Assembly: GCA_963695855.1 (NCBI GenBank)
Contig: CAVOHZ010000003.1
Location: 288,001-352,000 of the forward strand
Direction of reading: 5' to 3'
DNA: 64,000 nt
Source of the DNA: an uncultured Nitrososphaerales archaeon
GTDB lineage: Archaea > Thermoproteota > Nitrososphaeria > Nitrososphaerales > Nitrososphaeraceae
Part shown: piece by piece, positions 33,413-44,501 of the stretch
How positions within the stretch are numbered: position 1 is the first letter of the stretch
Layout: each line of letters opens with the position of its first letter
The notes under the pieces: generated by a model
The model's input: only the letters and a program-made list of their open reading frames with translations
Databases searched by the model: none
Told to the model about the DNA's origin: nothing
Translations under genes and position numbers: made by a program

Positions 33413-35179
33413 CTAAAGTGTTACCTCCAGCAACAAATTATCATACTGTTGTTTCATATTTATCTTGATCTCATTAATTAATTGTTCAACCTCTTCTTCT
33501 TTTGTCCATTTCATCTTTGATAAAAGTTTTCGTGCCTCAAGGGAACCAACCTTTGAGGATGGAACCCCTTTCTTTATAGCTTCAGCTTCCATTCTTCCAA
33601 ATTCTAATATCATAGAGAGCATCAAATTCTGTTTTTTGATAGAGGTGTAAGTATCGACCTCATCGTAAGCACTTTGCTGAAGATAGTCTTCTCGAATAGA
33701 TCGTGCAGTATCTAAAATACCTTTTTCAGGTTCAGGTAATGCATCATATCCTATCAGTTGAACAATTTCTTGTAATTCTGACTCCCTTTGCAAAATTTCT
33801 AAAGCTTCCTTCCTATGCGGAATCCATTCAGAAGAGACATTGTTGTTGTACCAGTTAGTCATATCATCAGCATACAAGGAATAACTTGTTAGCCAGTTTA
33901 TAGACGGGAAGTGCCTTCTTGAGGCTAAATTGGCATCGAGCGCCCAAAATACTCTTGTAACTCTTAAAGTATTTTGAGAAACAGGTTCAGAAAAGTCTCC
34001 TCCTGGTGGAGATACTGCACCGACTAAAGTCAGAGAACCCACCCGCTCTTCGGGAGATATTACTATTGCCTTTCCTCCCCTTTCATAAAATTCCGCTAGT
34101 CTTCTTCCAAGGTAAGCGGGATATCCTTCTTCTCCAGGCATTTCTTCCAGCCTGCCTGAGATTTCTCTCAATGCTTCAGCCCACCTTGAGGTACTATCAG
34201 CCATCAAGGCCACGTCATATCCCATGTCTCGATAATATTCACCCATCGTAATACCAGTATAGATACTTGCTTCACGGGCTGCAACAGGCATGTTCGATGT
34301 ATTTGCAACAAGAATTGTTCTCTCCATTAATGGTCTTTTTGATTTTGGATCTTCCAATTCTGGAAAAGTAGTGAGAATCTCTGTCATTTCGTTTCCTCTT
34401 TCACCGCATCCAATGTAAACGATAACACTACTGTCTGCCCACTTTGCAAGTTGCTGTTGAGTTACTGTTTTTCCACTTCCAAATGGTCCTGGAATAGCTG
34501 CTGTCCCACCCTTTGCTACTGGAAAAAAGGTATCAAGAACACGCTGTCCTGTAAGCAAGGGTGACTCTGGTGCAAGTTTGCGAAGAACAGGTCTTGCCAT
34601 TCTTACCATCCACCAACTTGATAAACCAATATCCTCAGTACCGGTATTTGTTTTCACTTGTGCAACATTTTCATTAACTGTGTATTTCCCTTCTGTTATT
34701 TCAGAAAGTTGACCACTAATACCAAATGGAATCATTATTTTGTGACTTATCAATGGAGTTTCTTGAACTTCACCAATTATTTCACCTGGAGAAACGTTTT
34801 CACCATTTTTCTTGATCGGGATAAAATCCCATTTTTTATGTTCGTCTAAAGCGGGAATAATATTGCCTCTACTGATAAAATCACCGCTTTTCTCCCTTAA
34901 TACATCGAGTGGACGCTGAATTCCATCATAAATTGACGTCAACAATCCTGGTCCAAGCTGCATTGATAGAGGTCTCTTTGTGTTGATTACTTTCTCTCCA
35001 GGTCTAAGCCCTGTTGTATCTTCGTATACTTGTATGGTGGCCTTATTACCGTCAAGACGGATAATCTCTCCGAGCAAACCTAAGTCTCCAATTCTTACAA
35101 CATCATACATTTTTGCTGCTTCAACGTCTGTTGCTACAACTACTGGACCCGAAATTCTCGAAACAATAGCAGTTGACAT
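33413..35179 (-). CDS. atpA: A/V-type ATP synthase subunit A (no intein)
   Basis: [41 protein letters not shown]. Confidence 0.98.
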   Translation of the reverse strand: MSTAIVSRISGPVVVATDVEAAKMYDVVRIGDLGLLGEIIRLDGNKATIQVYEDTTGLRPGEKVINTKRPLSMQLGPGLLTSIYDGIQRPLDVLREKSGDFISRGNIIPALDEHKKWDFIPIKKNGENVSPGEIIGEVQETPLISHKIMIPFGISGQLSEITEGKYTVNENVAQVKTNTGTEDIGLSSWWMVRMARPVLRKLAPESPLLTGQRVLDTFFPVAKGGTAAIPGPFGSGKTVTQQQLAKWADSSVIVYIGCGERGNEMTEILTTFPELEDPKSKRPLMERTILVANTSNMPVAAREASIYTGITMGEYYRDMGYDVALMADSTSRWAEALREISGRLEEMPGEEGYPAYLGRRLAEFYERGGKAIVISPEERVGSLTLVGAVSPPGGDFSEPVSQNTLRVTRVFWALDANLASRRHFPSINWLTSYSLYADDMTNWYNNNVSSEWIPHRKEALEILQRESELQEIVQLIGYDALPEPEKGILDTARSIREDYLQQSAYDEVDTYTSIKKQNLMLSMILEFGRMEAEAIKKGVPSSKVGSLEARKLLSKMKWTKEEEVEQLINEIKINMKQQYDNLLLEVTL

Positions 35180-35199
35180 ACTAATAATTCACTCCTTCA

Positions 35200-35544
35200 T
35201 CATCCCATTTTAATACTTATCCCAAGTACACGTTTAGCCAACGCCGCGATCGATTCTTCCTGAACACTTCCTTTTAAAGAGGGCATAAATAAAACCAATG
35301 GTTCAATAGATCCTTCGACCCTTGTTCTGAATAAGTGTGGAAGAGAAGCACTAACAAACTGACTAGCGATTATCAAGTTAAACTTACGAGAGAAGAAAAT
35401 ACTTTCCATAGTTTTCAGGGCCTCATCTGCTTGGTTAACTATGTATGTATCGTCTATTCCCAATAGGCGATAGCCCATTACAAGTTCTCTTTCACCTATT
35501 ACAGCAATAGCACCATCTGATTCTGATTTTTGTTTAGTTGACAT
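35200..35544 (-). CDS. atpF: A/V-type ATP synthase subunit F
   Basis: IAVIGERELVMGYRLLGI; C-terminal RVLGI. Confidence 0.93.
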   Translation of the reverse strand: MSTKQKSESDGAIAVIGERELVMGYRLLGIDDTYIVNQADEALKTMESIFFSRKFNLIIASQFVSASLPHLFRTRVEGSIEPLVLFMPSLKGSVQEESIAALAKRVLGISIKMG

Positions 35545-35550
35545 TTTATA

Positions 35551-36618
35551 TCACTCCAAAAGCAGCATTGATTTTATACGTTCAACGGGGATATCATAAC
35601 GTTTTCCATACGCTATTCTTTTTATGTTGTCCCATTCAGATTCTGCAGTTAAGATAAAATGAAAAATTGTTCCTATTGAGAGTGCTATATTTTTCAATCT
35701 TTTTACATATGTTTTAATAATAAATTTATCCAACGCCAGCTCAAAATCTATTAGACTGTTGGTCTTGATAAAGGTATCCAATAATTCATCTAACTTGTAG
35801 TAATCTTGTATTTTCCCTACAAATTCATTAATATTTTTTAATCCAAAAATATCAAGCAAGATATTCAATGGAATGTTCCCCCCTTCGATAAGATGTTTAT
35901 TTAACAATTCTCGATCCAGATTGGAATCCCTAGCTTTTAGTACATTTAAAATGTTCTTTTTATCTATTTGTGCTCTAAATAACTCTCTAATTACTCCCTC
36001 ATCACCTTGAAAAAACTTTAAGGATTCAAGTAATGACTTGTAATAATATGATTGAAGATCAGCCATCATAGGACCAAGGTCGGCTGTTTTTTGATAAGCA
36101 TCAAGATGTTGCATCAATATGGTTCCATATCTATATTTTATGAGTTGATTCACGACACCCTCTACATTGGTTTGCGACAAAATAATTTTCATTTCATCAT
36201 GTGCAATATTTCCCGCTGAGATTCCTGCAGGAACATTTCTACTAGATACCAGAAAATGTTCTGTTTCCGTTATTGCACGTCCTATTATTTTTGAAGATAA
36301 AATTAATTCTATATTATGAATATCCCACTTTAAAAGATAGGCTCTGACTGCAGCCCTTCCACTGAAGGGTGTTGCTTCAAGAGCAATTTTGTTTATATCA
36401 ACCATATGTCTATTGAGAGCTACTTCTAAAAGTTCTGGTGGCGAATATAGAGCTGCTGCTTTTTCTATTTCTGGACCATACGATGTAGGTTCAAGCATTC
36501 TAATAATTTCAGCAACATCTTTAGCTTGAGCAAGACTTAAAATAAAATCCTTAGATAGAAAGCTCATCGAGAGTGCCTGTAATCTTCCAAAAGAAGAGGA
36601 ATATGATGAGGTTGTCAT
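35551..36618 (-). CDS. atpC: A/V-type ATP synthase subunit C
   Basis: KWDIHNIELIL, IDKKNI, E.E..NIKRIAYGK; operon position. Confidence 0.92.
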   Translation of the reverse strand: MTTSSYSSSFGRLQALSMSFLSKDFILSLAQAKDVAEIIRMLEPTSYGPEIEKAAALYSPPELLEVALNRHMVDINKIALEATPFSGRAAVRAYLLKWDIHNIELILSSKIIGRAITETEHFLVSSRNVPAGISAGNIAHDEMKIILSQTNVEGVVNQLIKYRYGTILMQHLDAYQKTADLGPMMADLQSYYYKSLLESLKFFQGDEGVIRELFRAQIDKKNILNVLKARDSNLDRELLNKHLIEGGNIPLNILLDIFGLKNINEFVGKIQDYYKLDELLDTFIKTNSLIDFELALDKFIIKTYVKRLKNIALSIGTIFHFILTAESEWDNIKRIAYGKRYDIPVERIKSMLLLE

Positions 36619-36619
36619 A

Positions 36620-37183
36620 CTACTTTATCATTCTCTCAAGAAGAAAACTTTTTACATCATCTTCATGAGTTCTTAATAACTCTTCAATGGTGAGATCGAG
36701 CTCTCTTGTTCCATTATTATCCTCTGCTAGAATTCCTCCGATAGTATCGATAGTTGCTCCGAGTGTTACGTTCATAGCTTTAATAGCCATACTATCATCA
36801 ACATTAGAATGAATTACTACGTTCTTACCCAAATTCTTTTTTGCATGGTTGACCATCCTTTCCAGAGTTTTTTTGTATTCCGGTTTCTTGGTATAATTTT
36901 TTAATTCTTGTCTTATTGTATTAAAGGTGGAATCCATGTTTTCATTAATTGCATCAAATAGGATCTTTTTTGCGTTTAACCTAGCTGTCTCCACTATCCT
37001 AGCCGCATCTCTTTGAGATTTTACTTTTGCTTCATTAGCATAAAACTCTTCGAGCTCTTTTATTGTAGTCTCCTTTGATCTTTCAATAGCTGTTTTTTTT
37101 TCAGCAAAAGAAGTATCAATGATATCTATTTTTCTTTGTTTCCTCTCATCAATCTCTCGCATGAAAGTGAACAGGCTTGCCAT
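36620..37183 (-). CDS. atpE: A/V-type ATP synthase subunit E
   Basis: N-terminal coiled coil; IGGILAE...DLTIE; operon position. Confidence 0.9.
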   Translation of the reverse strand: MASLFTFMREIDERKQRKIDIIDTSFAEKKTAIERSKETTIKELEEFYANEAKVKSQRDAARIVETARLNAKKILFDAINENMDSTFNTIRQELKNYTKKPEYKKTLERMVNHAKKNLGKNVVIHSNVDDSMAIKAMNVTLGATIDTIGGILAEDNNGTRELDLTIEELLRTHEDDVKSFLLERMIK

Positions 37184-37198
37184 CTAACAAGTCGCCAC

Positions 37199-37543
37199 TT
37201 AGAGTATTCCTAACAGTAGAATTATTCCTAGCACGAAACCGATAATCCAAAGAGTCTCAGGGATTACGAAGAAGAATAGAACTTGTCCAAACTTCTCTGG
37301 TTTCTCTGCTATTATCCCCATTCCTGCCGCACCTATACCTTGCTGAGCATTTCCCGTACCTATAAGACCACCTGCAATCGCTATTGCTGCCGCAATTGCC
37401 AATAATGGCTTCGTAAAATCTGATTTAGTTGCTGCTGATGTCTCTTGGGCGAACACTTGTGTAGAAGATAACGTAAATACAGCTATTGCCAATCCTGCAA
37501 TTATAGTAATAATTGACAATTTTGAACCATTATATCGCATCAT
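37199..37543 (-). CDS. atpK: A/V-type ATP synthase proteolipid subunit K (c), single hairpin with signal-peptide-like extension
   Basis: AQQGIGAAGMGIIAEKPEKFG...IPETL. Confidence 0.95.
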   Translation of the reverse strand: MMRYNGSKLSIITIIAGLAIAVFTLSSTQVFAQETSAATKSDFTKPLLAIAAAIAIAGGLIGTGNAQQGIGAAGMGIIAEKPEKFGQVLFFFVIPETLWIIGFVLGIILLLGIL

Positions 37544-37567
37544 TACTAGATAAGGTTACTTATGTGG

Positions 37568-37586
37568 TTATATTAAGAGTTTTCTC
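37568..37586 (-). promoter_or_regulatory. Putative BRE/TATA promoter of the atp operon
   Basis: Minus strand gagaaaact-cttaatataa, 25-43 nt upstream of the atpK ATG. Confidence 0.5.
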
Positions 37587-38154
37587 CAAAAATCATAAGA
37601 ATTTGTATGCAACCTATGAAAGAACAGGATAGTTTATTAATTAATTTCAACTAATGAATAATAGATTGCATTTTTTAACTCCTATATCATTTAGAAATTC
37701 GAAAAGATATTTCATTAAGCTCTAGATTAAATCTATTAGATAAGAAATAGTAGATGCGTTTTTGGGAGGTAACTGAGGTCAAATAGATTCTTCTATAATA
37801 CTTAGTATCGTATAAAAATATTCAACTTGCTCATTGTTGAATTTCTCCGCTTACCCCGATTTTATAAATTTCATAAAAGTTCGACGTAATTTGCAATGCG
37901 AATTTAGTGAACCAAGAATTGATATTTGGATTTACGTTACTATCATATTGATGTTACCGATGATTTCTGATTGGTTTGCTATTTTTTGTTAATTATTTGA
38001 CACTTCGATCTAATATTCAATAATACAAAAAAAAATTTTTAATTGCTGGTTATACGGTCATATTATGTATGTAAAACATTCCTGAAAATTTGTTATTATA
38101 TTGATTTTAAATTAAGTCGAATCAACAAAAAAAGTCAGGAGAATTTCAATTAAC

Positions 38155-38424
38155 TTACCCAGTCATATTTTGCTCAGTGTTCGTTAGATTAGAAGTTATA
38201 TTTGCAAGAGCACTTGCAGTCGCGTTAACAATACTTTCTGTTGTATTTCCAATAGACTCAACGAATGAAAAATTCTCCAGGGGATTACCGCCAGTCAACT
38301 TTTCTAATTCTTCTATGCTCCCTACGTCCTTCCCATTTTGAGAAGCGTTTTGTGCAAAAACGTTAGCAGTAGATGTCAGTGCCACCAGACTAGCAAAGAT
38401 AACCAAAGTAATTGCTTGATTCAT
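38155..38424 (-). CDS. Small secreted, sequon-rich protein
   Basis: Signal peptide ending VFA-Q; seven N-x-S/T sequons; GSIEEL motif. Confidence 0.75.
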   Translation of the reverse strand: MNQAITLVIFASLVALTSTANVFAQNASQNGKDVGSIEELEKLTGGNPLENFSFVESIGNTTESIVNATASALANITSNLTNTEQNMTG

Positions 38425-38918
38425 AATAAATTTCTGAATCTAATCATATATTATCTTTTATATTCATACAAGATCTAATAAAATTTGAATTTATTCATAC
38501 GTTTCGGCTTGAATTGCAGAACAAATAATCTTCATTCGTCGGTCAAAAAAAATATATTTCTAATATTTTTATCTATATTTTTAACCCATATCCATAATGG
38601 AAGTTTTTCAATTTAGACATAAATCATCACGTCACGTCACGTCATATATTCTATGCCCATCTTATTCTAATTTTATAAATGAAACCGAGTTTTTTCTAAT
38701 TCTTGAATTTAACACCTAGTGATAACTTGTAAAAGAAAGATGTTTTAATATTTGACATATTTTTTACTTATCAATAAGACGGAGATAAAAAGAGTATGGG
38801 ATTAACCAAATATCGGGAAAGTCCCATTGTGAAAAATCTAAGAGATTACCCATATATCATAATGCCGTGATTGAAAGAGATTACAATGCTAATAAAGTTT
38901 GTTAGTTAATATTATTTA

Positions 38919-39125
38919 TTGGGAATTACAGAAAAATTGGAAAACATTATAAGAATTTGCAGATATGAAGACGATGTAGATAAAAAAGTTGTGCTGTTAC
39001 TTTTGATCGATAGCTTGTTGCCAAACACAAATAAATTAAAAATTCCTTCATATGTGACAAGGGACTATATCGATTTGGTTTTAAATGAGCTAGAGAAAAA
39101 GATCGAATATGAAAAAGTAATTTAA
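38919..39125 (+). CDS. Hypothetical protein
   Basis: 68-aa ORF (DSLLP...LKIPS..T.DYID..L) with protein-like composition. Confidence 0.55.
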   Translation: MGITEKLENIIRICRYEDDVDKKVVLLLLIDSLLPNTNKLKIPSYVTRDYIDLVLNELEKKIEYEKVI

Positions 39126-39386
39126 CGAACCAAATGAAAATATAGTATTTCACTGTAATTTTCACGGAATTCTAAATCATAATTACTTTACAATCTCATA
39201 ATATCTAATACTAATTATATAAAATGTATTTCCTAGATCTAGAATTCTTTTTATATATCTTATAATTCAAAATCTTTTTAAAATACCACCAAAATTTCCT
39301 GTTTAAAATAAGTTCAGATTATTATAAACATCCTACAATAAGAATAAAAATTTTAATAGCTTTAAATTTATAATACTGGGAATGAA

Positions 39387-39791
39387 TTGAGAGCAAAAAA
39401 AATTATGATTATAGAAGATGAATTAGATATTTTATTATTGTATAAAGACTACCTTACGAACAAGGGGTATGATGTTATAGGGACCTCTACGACTGCAAAT
39501 GAAATTTTGAAAGATTATGAAAGTTCTCTCCCAGACATTGTTATGTTAGATTATAAATTACCAGGAAATATGAATGGTCTTGAAGCAGCTAAAATGCTCT
39601 TGCAGAAAAACAGGGATTTATCGATAATATTGGTTACTGCTTTTGATGAGGTAAAGAAGGAGATAAATAAAGATCCTTTGTTTTCTGGTAAACATATATC
39701 AGTACTTATTAAACCGGTTAGATTGAACTTGCTTGAAAGACATATAAGGAACTTAGCAAATATTTTTCCAAAAAACAGGAAAAACAAATAA
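39387..39791 (+). CDS. Standalone response-regulator receiver protein
   Basis: IMIIEDE, PDIVMLDYKLPG, LVTA, IKP. Confidence 0.93.
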   Translation: MRAKKIMIIEDELDILLLYKDYLTNKGYDVIGTSTTANEILKDYESSLPDIVMLDYKLPGNMNGLEAAKMLLQKNRDLSIILVTAFDEVKKEINKDPLFSGKHISVLIKPVRLNLLERHIRNLANIFPKNRKNK

Positions 39792-39926
39792 TATTAGATT
39801 AGATTAGATTATGTTTACTATCTTATATGTGTAGTTAATCTAGATTTATAATCTTATTGTGTAAATATTTTTATCATCAATAATTTTTATATATTTGACT
39901 ATTTCACAGACTTAAATATAATAGTT

Positions 39927-40277
39927 TTAGACGACGTACATTTCTGATGCTTTCTGCTTTTCCAGGTCTAAAGCTATTATGAATAAACATGTTTTTAATA
40001 TATCTACGGCATACGAAAGCCTAGTAACATCTATTACATCTTTAGTATTTCTCAGCTCGTAGTTTAATTCAGTTGTGGCATCTTGAATTATCGTTGTTAA
40101 AGAGTACAAGTCATTAACTTTTTCACTTACAAATTTGACCCAGGTCAGGAGTGCTATCTCGACTGATTCATGATATTTAATATTATCTACGAAATTATTG
40201 TCATAGTCTTTGGTTACCTTATTTACAATCTCCATAAAATTTATTTCAGTTTTGAGAGTCATTTTAATCAAAAACAA
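39927..40277 (-). CDS. Hypothetical protein downstream of tfb
   Basis: About 110-aa helical ORF, co-oriented, 33 nt after the tfb stop. Confidence 0.55.
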   Translation of the reverse strand: MFLIKMTLKTEINFMEIVNKVTKDYDNNFVDNIKYHESVEIALLTWVKFVSEKVNDLYSLTTIIQDATTELNYELRNTKDVIDVTRLSYAVDILKTCLFIIALDLEKQKASEMYVV

Positions 40278-40309
40278 AAAAAAGTAGACGGTTGTTAGTC
40301 AAGATTTTT

Positions 40310-41245
40310 TTACTCATTTTTTGATAATGCATTATCTGGCAAATGAGGGAAAATTTGTTTTACGTCAAGAAATCTTTTTCGTAGCGTCACAACACTCATA
40401 TTTCCTGCAGTTGCAATTTTCGATTGAGTTATTTTTTCCCCTTTTTCTAGACAGGCACCATATAAGGTAGCAACAGATAAAGCTGTTGGGTCCTTTCCAT
40501 ACGAGATAGAATCGTCGTTGATTAACCTCATCATTTCTAACGCCCTAACCATAGTTTGTCGAGTTATACCTGCTATACCAGCAATTTTTGTCATGTGAGT
40601 GGTAGAATCAATTAATGGTAGATTGATTATTAAGCGTCTAAGAAGCAGACGATAACAACGCCCTGCAAAGACTTTATCAGCATTAACAGAATTAGCTATC
40701 TCACTTATTGTACGAGGAACTTTCAGTTCTCTGCAAACCACATATACACAGGCAACAATGAATTCTTTAATAGACCGACCTTTTATTATTTTTAAGTCTA
40801 CTACCTTACGGTAATAGTATGCTGATTTTTCGATAATTGTTTCACTTAATGATAACTTATCTTTTATTCGCATTAGAATGCTAAATGCTTTCTTTAAATT
40901 TCTGTGATAGCTTCTGTTACTATTTGATATCTTGTTCCAATGACGTATCTTAACTGCTTTTGAGATTTGTTTAACGTTTAGTTGATTGCCATACGCATCT
41001 ACATTTTGTTGAGAAATTGTTGTAGACAATCCTTTATCAAAAATAAGCAGTGAATTTTTTTCCAAGTTTTGCGATCTATCAACTGAAATATCATCAGTAA
41101 CGAACTGCTCGCAATTTACTACTCCACAATTAGTACAAACTATCTCATTACTAACACTGTCAAAAACAAGGTTTGAATTTTTACAATTAAAGCAAATATC
41201 TTTTGCTGTATCTGGTTTCTGCAATTTTTCTACTAATTTACTCAC
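40310..41245 (-). CDS. tfb: Transcription initiation factor IIB paralogue
   Basis: Zn ribbon CFNC...EIVCTNCG; DKGLSTTI; KGRSI; GKDP; ITQ.KIA...VTLRKR. Confidence 0.93.
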   Translation of the reverse strand: MSKLVEKLQKPDTAKDICFNCKNSNLVFDSVSNEIVCTNCGVVNCEQFVTDDISVDRSQNLEKNSLLIFDKGLSTTISQQNVDAYGNQLNVKQISKAVKIRHWNKISNSNRSYHRNLKKAFSILMRIKDKLSLSETIIEKSAYYYRKVVDLKIIKGRSIKEFIVACVYVVCRELKVPRTISEIANSVNADKVFAGRCYRLLLRRLIINLPLIDSTTHMTKIAGIAGITRQTMVRALEMMRLINDDSISYGKDPTALSVATLYGACLEKGEKITQSKIATAGNMSVVTLRKRFLDVKQIFPHLPDNALSKNE

Positions 41246-41374
41246 AGGTAGAACTTATTTTTGCAAATAATAAAGAATAGGTTTACATTGTACGAAAAAA
41301 ATGTATAAAATTACAAATAACTACAAACAAACACAAAGAAACACAATTATAAGCGCGTAGCATTCTCAAGTATA

Positions 41375-41896
41375 GTGAAATCGGTTACACGATCCTTTAG
41401 AATTGATGATCCTCTATCTAAGATTCTAGATGAAGAAGCGGACAGAATGGGGATTTCCGTCAATGCCTTGGTTAATATAATTATTAAACAATATCTGGAT
41501 TTCACGCGTTATTTGTCAAAAATAGACATGGTTATTATTAATAGAGAGCTCTTGAAGATTTTGTTAGAATCCTTAGAAGAGAAAGAGATCTATGATATTG
41601 CAATTTTATTTGGAAGCACTACACCAAAAGATACAATATTATTTTGGAAAAAAGAACTGTCCAATCATACCGTTTTCGAATACGTTGAAAAAATTGTTTG
41701 TAGATACGGTTTGTTAGGAACGTATGATGAGATAATCCAAAATGACATGAAAACAATTGTTATAAGGCATCGACTTGGAAAAAAAGGTTCGGTCTTTTTT
41801 AGCGGTTATTTGAAATCTACATTGAAAAATACATTAGGAATAGATACATCATTAGACTTGACCGAATCATCTGTAAAAATTGAAATTAAAATATAG
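41375..41896 (+). CDS. Putative ribbon-helix-helix transcriptional regulator
   Basis: N-terminal TRSFRID...L.EEA...GISVNALVN.I; divergent from tfb. Confidence 0.72.
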   Translation: MKSVTRSFRIDDPLSKILDEEADRMGISVNALVNIIIKQYLDFTRYLSKIDMVIINRELLKILLESLEEKEIYDIAILFGSTTPKDTILFWKKELSNHTVFEYVEKIVCRYGLLGTYDEIIQNDMKTIVIRHRLGKKGSVFFSGYLKSTLKNTLGIDTSLDLTESSVKIEIKI

Positions 41897-42306
41897 TAAA
41901 ACATTAGAGAAATTTAATCGGAAAGTGACAATGATTTTTATACGTCTACGGTCTACGATATAACAAGATAAAGCAAAACAGCACGAATTAGAGAAGCATT
42001 AATCTTGGTTTGAAATCCTAATACTACTAGTTATCTTGGAAATTTTGTCCCAGGATGAAATTTTAACAAACCAGATTCATTTGACAGCAGGTTTAATCTT
42101 ATAATTGTTACTACAAATTGTAAGAATTATGAAATCATCTTTGTAAAATGATCTTGGACAAGATCAATATGTAAAAGTAATAATTCAGAATTTAAAATAT
42201 TGTAATAGGGGATAATAAAATTAACGGGCAATGATGAAATGATATTTTACTATATTTGTTTCATTTACTGCTAATAATTATTTCAAAAATCAAGGATATG
42301 TACAGA

Positions 42307-42534
42307 TCAAAAATCATATTTCATCCATCTGTTTTCAACTATCATATTTTCAAAATCTGTTTTACTGCTGAAGTGTTCTTCTATAACATCATCATCCTGA
42401 ATAGAGTACAGAGAATAAGCTGGCAAGTGCTCTACTATAATTGTAGAATCAGATTTCATATCTATAAAAATCTCTAAAGTACTCGTGACCTGTTTTTTAA
42501 TCTCAAAATCCTCGCTCAATTTATAACTTTCCAT
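42307..42534 (-). CDS. Hypothetical acidic protein
   Basis: 75-aa ATG-started ORF. Confidence 0.45.
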   Translation of the reverse strand: MESYKLSEDFEIKKQVTSTLEIFIDMKSDSTIIVEHLPAYSLYSIQDDDVIEEHFSSKTDFENMIVENRWMKYDF

Positions 42535-43298
42535 CCGACATCATTATTATTTGCGCAGCGAAGTAGAAAAACAATTTGGATCATTAGTAAATAAAAATTT
42601 CTAACAACAGACAAAGTATATGCTTTTATTATTGCTAACACGGTTAGATTGAGCCCTTGTAATGAATTTCAATTTTATTTAATTTGATAGATGAGTAAAT
42701 AAGCATTTTAATTCGATAGTATTTGTATTCATTAATTTCATTATTTTGCCCAAAATTACTACTCGTTAAAACACTCATCATAACTACATTATGAACTAAA
42801 AAATTGCTGATCAATAACGACAATCCTAGCTCCAGATTAATTAAATAGAAACTAATTTTTAAATATTGCAACGATTTACAAAATTTGGTCATTAAAAATA
42901 TTTAATTTTCAATTCTATCCCTGTATACGGATCGTTTTGGTAGTTGAATAAAAGTCACTAGACATGTAGCTAAAAATTAGGCAACCGCAGATCCTAGCAA
43001 ATCCAAAAGAAAAATCCGTATCAAAAACCGTTAAATAGACATATTCAATGAGTAACGCATGTTCCAACCAACCAAGAAAAATAATGAATTATTCATGTTA
43101 CGGTGATGTGCTTAGAATTAGGCCTTAAGAATGGTATCTATAAAGGGGGAGGAAATTTATATTTTATTTATACGACTTAATCTCCTCTGATATGACTTCT
43201 TGATGAAAATTATGTAGGAAATCTAACTTTGGCACTAAACGCAACTGCAGTTTTATTTCAATGTCAGTTTTAAAGTTCGATTCTAAAATTGGTATAAA

Positions 43299-43733
43299 TT
43301 GATTTTATTTGACATTGTTTATATTGGAAAATTGATAAATGAATACATGAACAAACCAAGAGTTTTCATCGTTCAGGAAGATGAGGATGCCAACATACTG
43401 TTATCTGGGATGATGTGTTTGAAGGGTATTGAGGCACACAAGTTCACCACGGGAGAAGATTGCATTAAAAAAGTAAAAGAATTCGAAGGAAAGGTAGATG
43501 TAGTAATAATTAGTGGAGATATCGCATCTGACAGATATTTAAAGATTGTATTAACCATTAAACAGATAAATAACAATATTAAAATCTTGGTGATTGCTGA
43601 AGAAGATTCTGAAAAAACTAGACTCTTGGGTTACGGAGCAGATGAATTTACTTTAAAACCGATGAGCCCCGAAAATGTCGCTGATAAAGTTTTTATGTTA
43701 ATTTCTAGGGAAGCTATACTGGATAACAGATAG
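43299..43733 (+). CDS. Atypical (pseudo-)receiver domain protein (probable start MNKPRV)
   Basis: Receiver fold (VFIVQED, LGYGADEFTLKP) but DVVIISG has Ser at the phosphoacceptor Asp position. Confidence 0.8.
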   Translation: MILFDIVYIGKLINEYMNKPRVFIVQEDEDANILLSGMMCLKGIEAHKFTTGEDCIKKVKEFEGKVDVVIISGDIASDRYLKIVLTIKQINNNIKILVIAEEDSEKTRLLGYGADEFTLKPMSPENVADKVFMLISREAILDNR

Positions 43734-43982
43734 CAGTAGTATTATTATTTATTTTTTAACTCTAAGGTGTTTAGCGAGGTCTAGCAATTTAGATATTTTA
43801 GTAAGCCTAAGATATGTTCAATCCAGTAAATATTTTGATCTCAAGAAACGTACGTATAATTTAAAATTAACTTTATAAAGAAATTACAATGTGTTGAAAA
43901 ATAAAATTTAGGTAAAAGGACTTTTGTGTTTAATTTATATTTTTTACTTCTATATTAACTATTATGTATATTATATAATGGA

Positions 43983-44501
43983 ATGAAAGATCTATCCAAG
44001 TATGTAATAATTGCTATTGGATTCGTTGCCATTTCAATATTAGTTCCCAACATCCAGGCACAAAACAATTCAGAAATTTCATCAAGCCAAGGTCAACCTC
44101 AGACTGCATCTAATGAGACAATGTCTTTAATGTCATTAAATATAGGAGATCTCAAAGACTCACTTGTTAATGCAAAAGATGCCGTTTCAACAGGAAATTT
44201 TGAAAATGCATTGACAGAAGTCACAAATGTCGAAAATCAACTATTGCTTGTTAAAGGAGAACAACCACCATTTGTAAGTGATATCCAGGGCATAAAAGAA
44301 TCTATAGCCAATTCAGATGTTCCGAAGACACTCGATGGAATAACGAATATCCAAATTGAACTATTAAAAGCCGAAACGGATATGATGAAAGCAAACCAGG
44401 GAAACCCACAAATGATGATGGCTCAAAATGCCAATAATGACAATAATAACAACCAACAAAACGATAATGATGATAACGCCGATGATAATGATAAAAATTA
44501 A
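43983..44501 (+). CDS. Secreted helical protein with Asn/Asp-rich tail
   Basis: Signal peptide ending IQA-Q; internal helical repeat; low-complexity C-terminus. Confidence 0.75.
   Translation: MKDLSKYVIIAIGFVAISILVPNIQAQNNSEISSSQGQPQTASNETMSLMSLNIGDLKDSLVNAKDAVSTGNFENALTEVTNVENQLLLVKGEQPPFVSDIQGIKESIANSDVPKTLDGITNIQIELLKAETDMMKANQGNPQMMMAQNANNDNNNNQQNDNDDNADDNDKN

Noticed and set aside
33413-35179. Intein in AtpA
   Set aside because: Normal length (588 aa) with an uninterrupted GSGKTV sequence
29230-35213. Plus-strand ORFs within the atp operon (and similar antisense ORFs at 32, 1285, 18580, 18955, 53202 and 58274)
   Set aside because: Antisense shadows of well-supported genes, with no recognisable motifs
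38626-38644. Short microsatellites (cacgt x3; also aaatt at about 14385 and attag at about 39793)
   Set aside because: Expected slippage repeats in AT-rich intergenic DNA, with no evidence of function
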